Below are positions 24,654 through 26,079 of a DNA stretch of 26,079 nt, piece by piece. The notes under the pieces are model-generated. The model was not told the DNA's origin. It ran no database searches and saw only the letters and a list, made by a program, of their open reading frames with translations. Made by a program: the position numbers and the translations under genes. The stretch comes from a virus (lineage: Duplodnaviria > Caudoviricetes): positions 1 to 26,079 of the IMG/VR virus record IMGVR_UViG_3300027798_000194, one strand, 5' to 3'. The stretch's first letter is position 1. The number at the start of each line of letters is the position of its first letter.

Positions 24654-25387
24654 CCGTACCAGTATCAGCGCTGCAATCATTAGCACCTGGGGCGATTATT
24701 GAGCTATATGAATTACACCTTGATGCAACTTTACATGGTGCCAGTACGATCTATAGATTTCATGCGGGCACAAATAACAACAATAACGGCAATGTAGTAT
24801 GGAACTCAAACTCATATACTAGATTCCCTGTCGAAGCGACAGGATTCGAATTTAGTGGTGGAGGGCAATTGCCAAGACCAAAGCTACAGGTATCAAATGC
24901 GCTAAGTTATGTCACGGCAATACTTTTAATCGTAAATGATTTCAATACAGGTAATGACTTAATTGGCGCAAAATTCATCCGTATTCGTACGTTAGCGCGT
25001 TATATCGATGCGGTTAATTTCACTGGTAACGTGAACCCATATGGCACGCCAGACCCTACTGCTGAATTTCCGCAAGAGATTTATTTCTTAGATCGTAAAG
25101 TAGTAGAAAATTTAAACTTAGTTGAATGGGAATTAGCCGCTGCTTTTGATCTTGCTGGAATTAAAGCGCCGAAACGTCAATGCCTTGCTACTATATGCCA
25201 ATGGAAATATAAATCGGCGGAATGTTCATATGCAGGAAGCAATTTCTTTGATGTTAATGATGAAATTGTGCCAAATACAAATCTTGATGTATGCGGCAAA
25301 CGATTAAATAGTTGTGCAATTAGATTTGGTAAAGATAATGAGTTACCATTTGGATCGTTCCCAGGCATTGGAGTTGTCGCAGGATGA
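24650..25387 (+). CDS. Minor tail protein, lambda gpL-like
   Basis: IELYEL, P.EA.GF, PRPKL.VSN, R.RTLARY.D..NF, CQW.Y...EC.Y, D.CGK....C..RF, FG.FPG. Confidence 0.92.
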   Translation: MTVPVSALQSLAPGAIIELYELHLDATLHGASTIYRFHAGTNNNNNGNVVWNSNSYTRFPVEATGFEFSGGGQLPRPKLQVSNALSYVTAILLIVNDFNTGNDLIGAKFIRIRTLARYIDAVNFTGNVNPYGTPDPTAEFPQEIYFLDRKVVENLNLVEWELAAAFDLAGIKAPKRQCLATICQWKYKSAECSYAGSNFFDVNDEIVPNTNLDVCGKRLNSCAIRFGKDNELPFGSFPGIGVVAG

Positions 25388-25701
25388 ACTGGCGTGACGC
25401 AGCATTAAATCACGCTAAAGCAATAGCACCAAATGAATCATGCGGTTTAGTTGTAAATTACGATGGTGTTGAAGTGTATTGGGAATGTCGTAATATTGCA
25501 GAAATTGATGATTGTTTTGTTATACATCCAGCGGACTGGGCAGAAGCAGAAGATACTGGCGTCATTATTGCAGTAATCCACAGCCATGGCAGCAATTCAC
25601 CAGAACCAAGTGATATGGATATTAAATCATGTAAGCGCAGCAAATTGCCGTGGTATATACTAAGCACAGATAAAGGCGAATGGCGATCATGCTTCCCTTG
25701 A
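25384..25701 (+). CDS. JAB/MPN domain protein (N-terminal half of lambda gpK)
   Basis: P.ESCGL, HSH......PS..D JAMM motif. Confidence 0.85.
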   Translation: MNWRDAALNHAKAIAPNESCGLVVNYDGVEVYWECRNIAEIDDCFVIHPADWAEAEDTGVIIAVIHSHGSNSPEPSDMDIKSCKRSKLPWYILSTDKGEWRSCFP

Positions 25702-26069
25702 TTGGACGCAACTGGCAATGGATTAAATCTGATTGCTGGACGTTGGTTCGTGATTATTATGCAACTAAAGGTTTAATATTACCGGATTGGGATAGACCAC
25801 CGGAAGAAGAGTTTGAAGATAATCCTATATTTGATAAATGCTGGCGATTAGCAGGATTCCATGAGTTGCGAGACGATGAACTATTGCAAGATGGTGATGC
25901 TTTACTGTTTAATATTCATTATGACAAACCAAATCATGTAGGAATCTTTCTAGCTGATGGCAATATTTTGCATCATTTCAAAAATCAACTAAGTCGTTGC
26001 GATAGCTATGGCAGGTGGTTACAGCAGTCCACATCGCGTAGACTAAGGCATGACGCTTTAAAACCATGA
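25680..26069 (+). CDS. NlpC/P60 domain protein (C-terminal half of lambda gpK)
   Basis: PLIGR, DCWTLVRDYY, GD, NHVGIF, ILHH, LS; start at 25680 or 25689. Confidence 0.85.
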   Translation: MAIMLPLIGRNWQWIKSDCWTLVRDYYATKGLILPDWDRPPEEEFEDNPIFDKCWRLAGFHELRDDELLQDGDALLFNIHYDKPNHVGIFLADGNILHHFKNQLSRCDSYGRWLQQSTSRRLRHDALKP

Positions 26070-26079
26070 TGCGTAAAAT
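26066..26079 (+). CDS. Start of next tail gene (probably lambda gpI-like); truncated by window edge
   Basis: ATGA overlap, MMRK(I); assignment from gene order only. Confidence 0.4.

Larger units (their letters stand above)
1..26079. mobile_element. Siphovirus-type tailed phage/prophage genome segment (recombination, replication, packaging, head, tail modules)
   Basis: Canonical order terminase-portal-MuF-scaffold-capsid-neck-tail tube-chaperone-tape measure-M/L/K; no sheath gene; no host housekeeping genes, integrase or att site in the window. Confidence 0.97.

Overview
The whole window is a segment of a long-tailed (siphovirus-type) dsDNA phage or prophage genome; the gene set resembles cyanobacterial siphoviruses (inference, no database search). 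Left arm (1-3861, minus strand): small early ORFs under a near-consensus sigma70 promoter, VRR-NUC nuclease, SF2 helicase and a multidomain HNH protein. A 37-bp pseudo-palindromic bidirectional promoter (3878-3914) separates this from a plus-strand unit: an unannotated ribbon-helix-helix gene and a RepB'-type primase/SF3 helicase, followed by an iteron-type origin (GGACGCAA x5 direct, x5 inverted around an AT-rich core). Then come a ParB-methyltransferase, terminase, portal, MuF, scaffold, capsid, neck, two paralogous tail tube genes, a tail chaperone with -1 frameshift, tape measure and lambda-like M/L/K tail-tip genes. Most unusual: (i) a three-gene cassette between terminase and portal (609-aa H1-like polycation, 53-aa polyanion, 42-aa protein sharing a GRLLxPKGN motif with the polycation), plus four more small basic genes before the scaffold, a candidate phage DNA-condensation/chaperone system; (ii) a perfectly paired H-type pseudoknot 6 nt after a UAG that is in frame with the next gene; (iii) twin hairpins before the capsid gene. 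Family names are recalled from motifs, not from searches.
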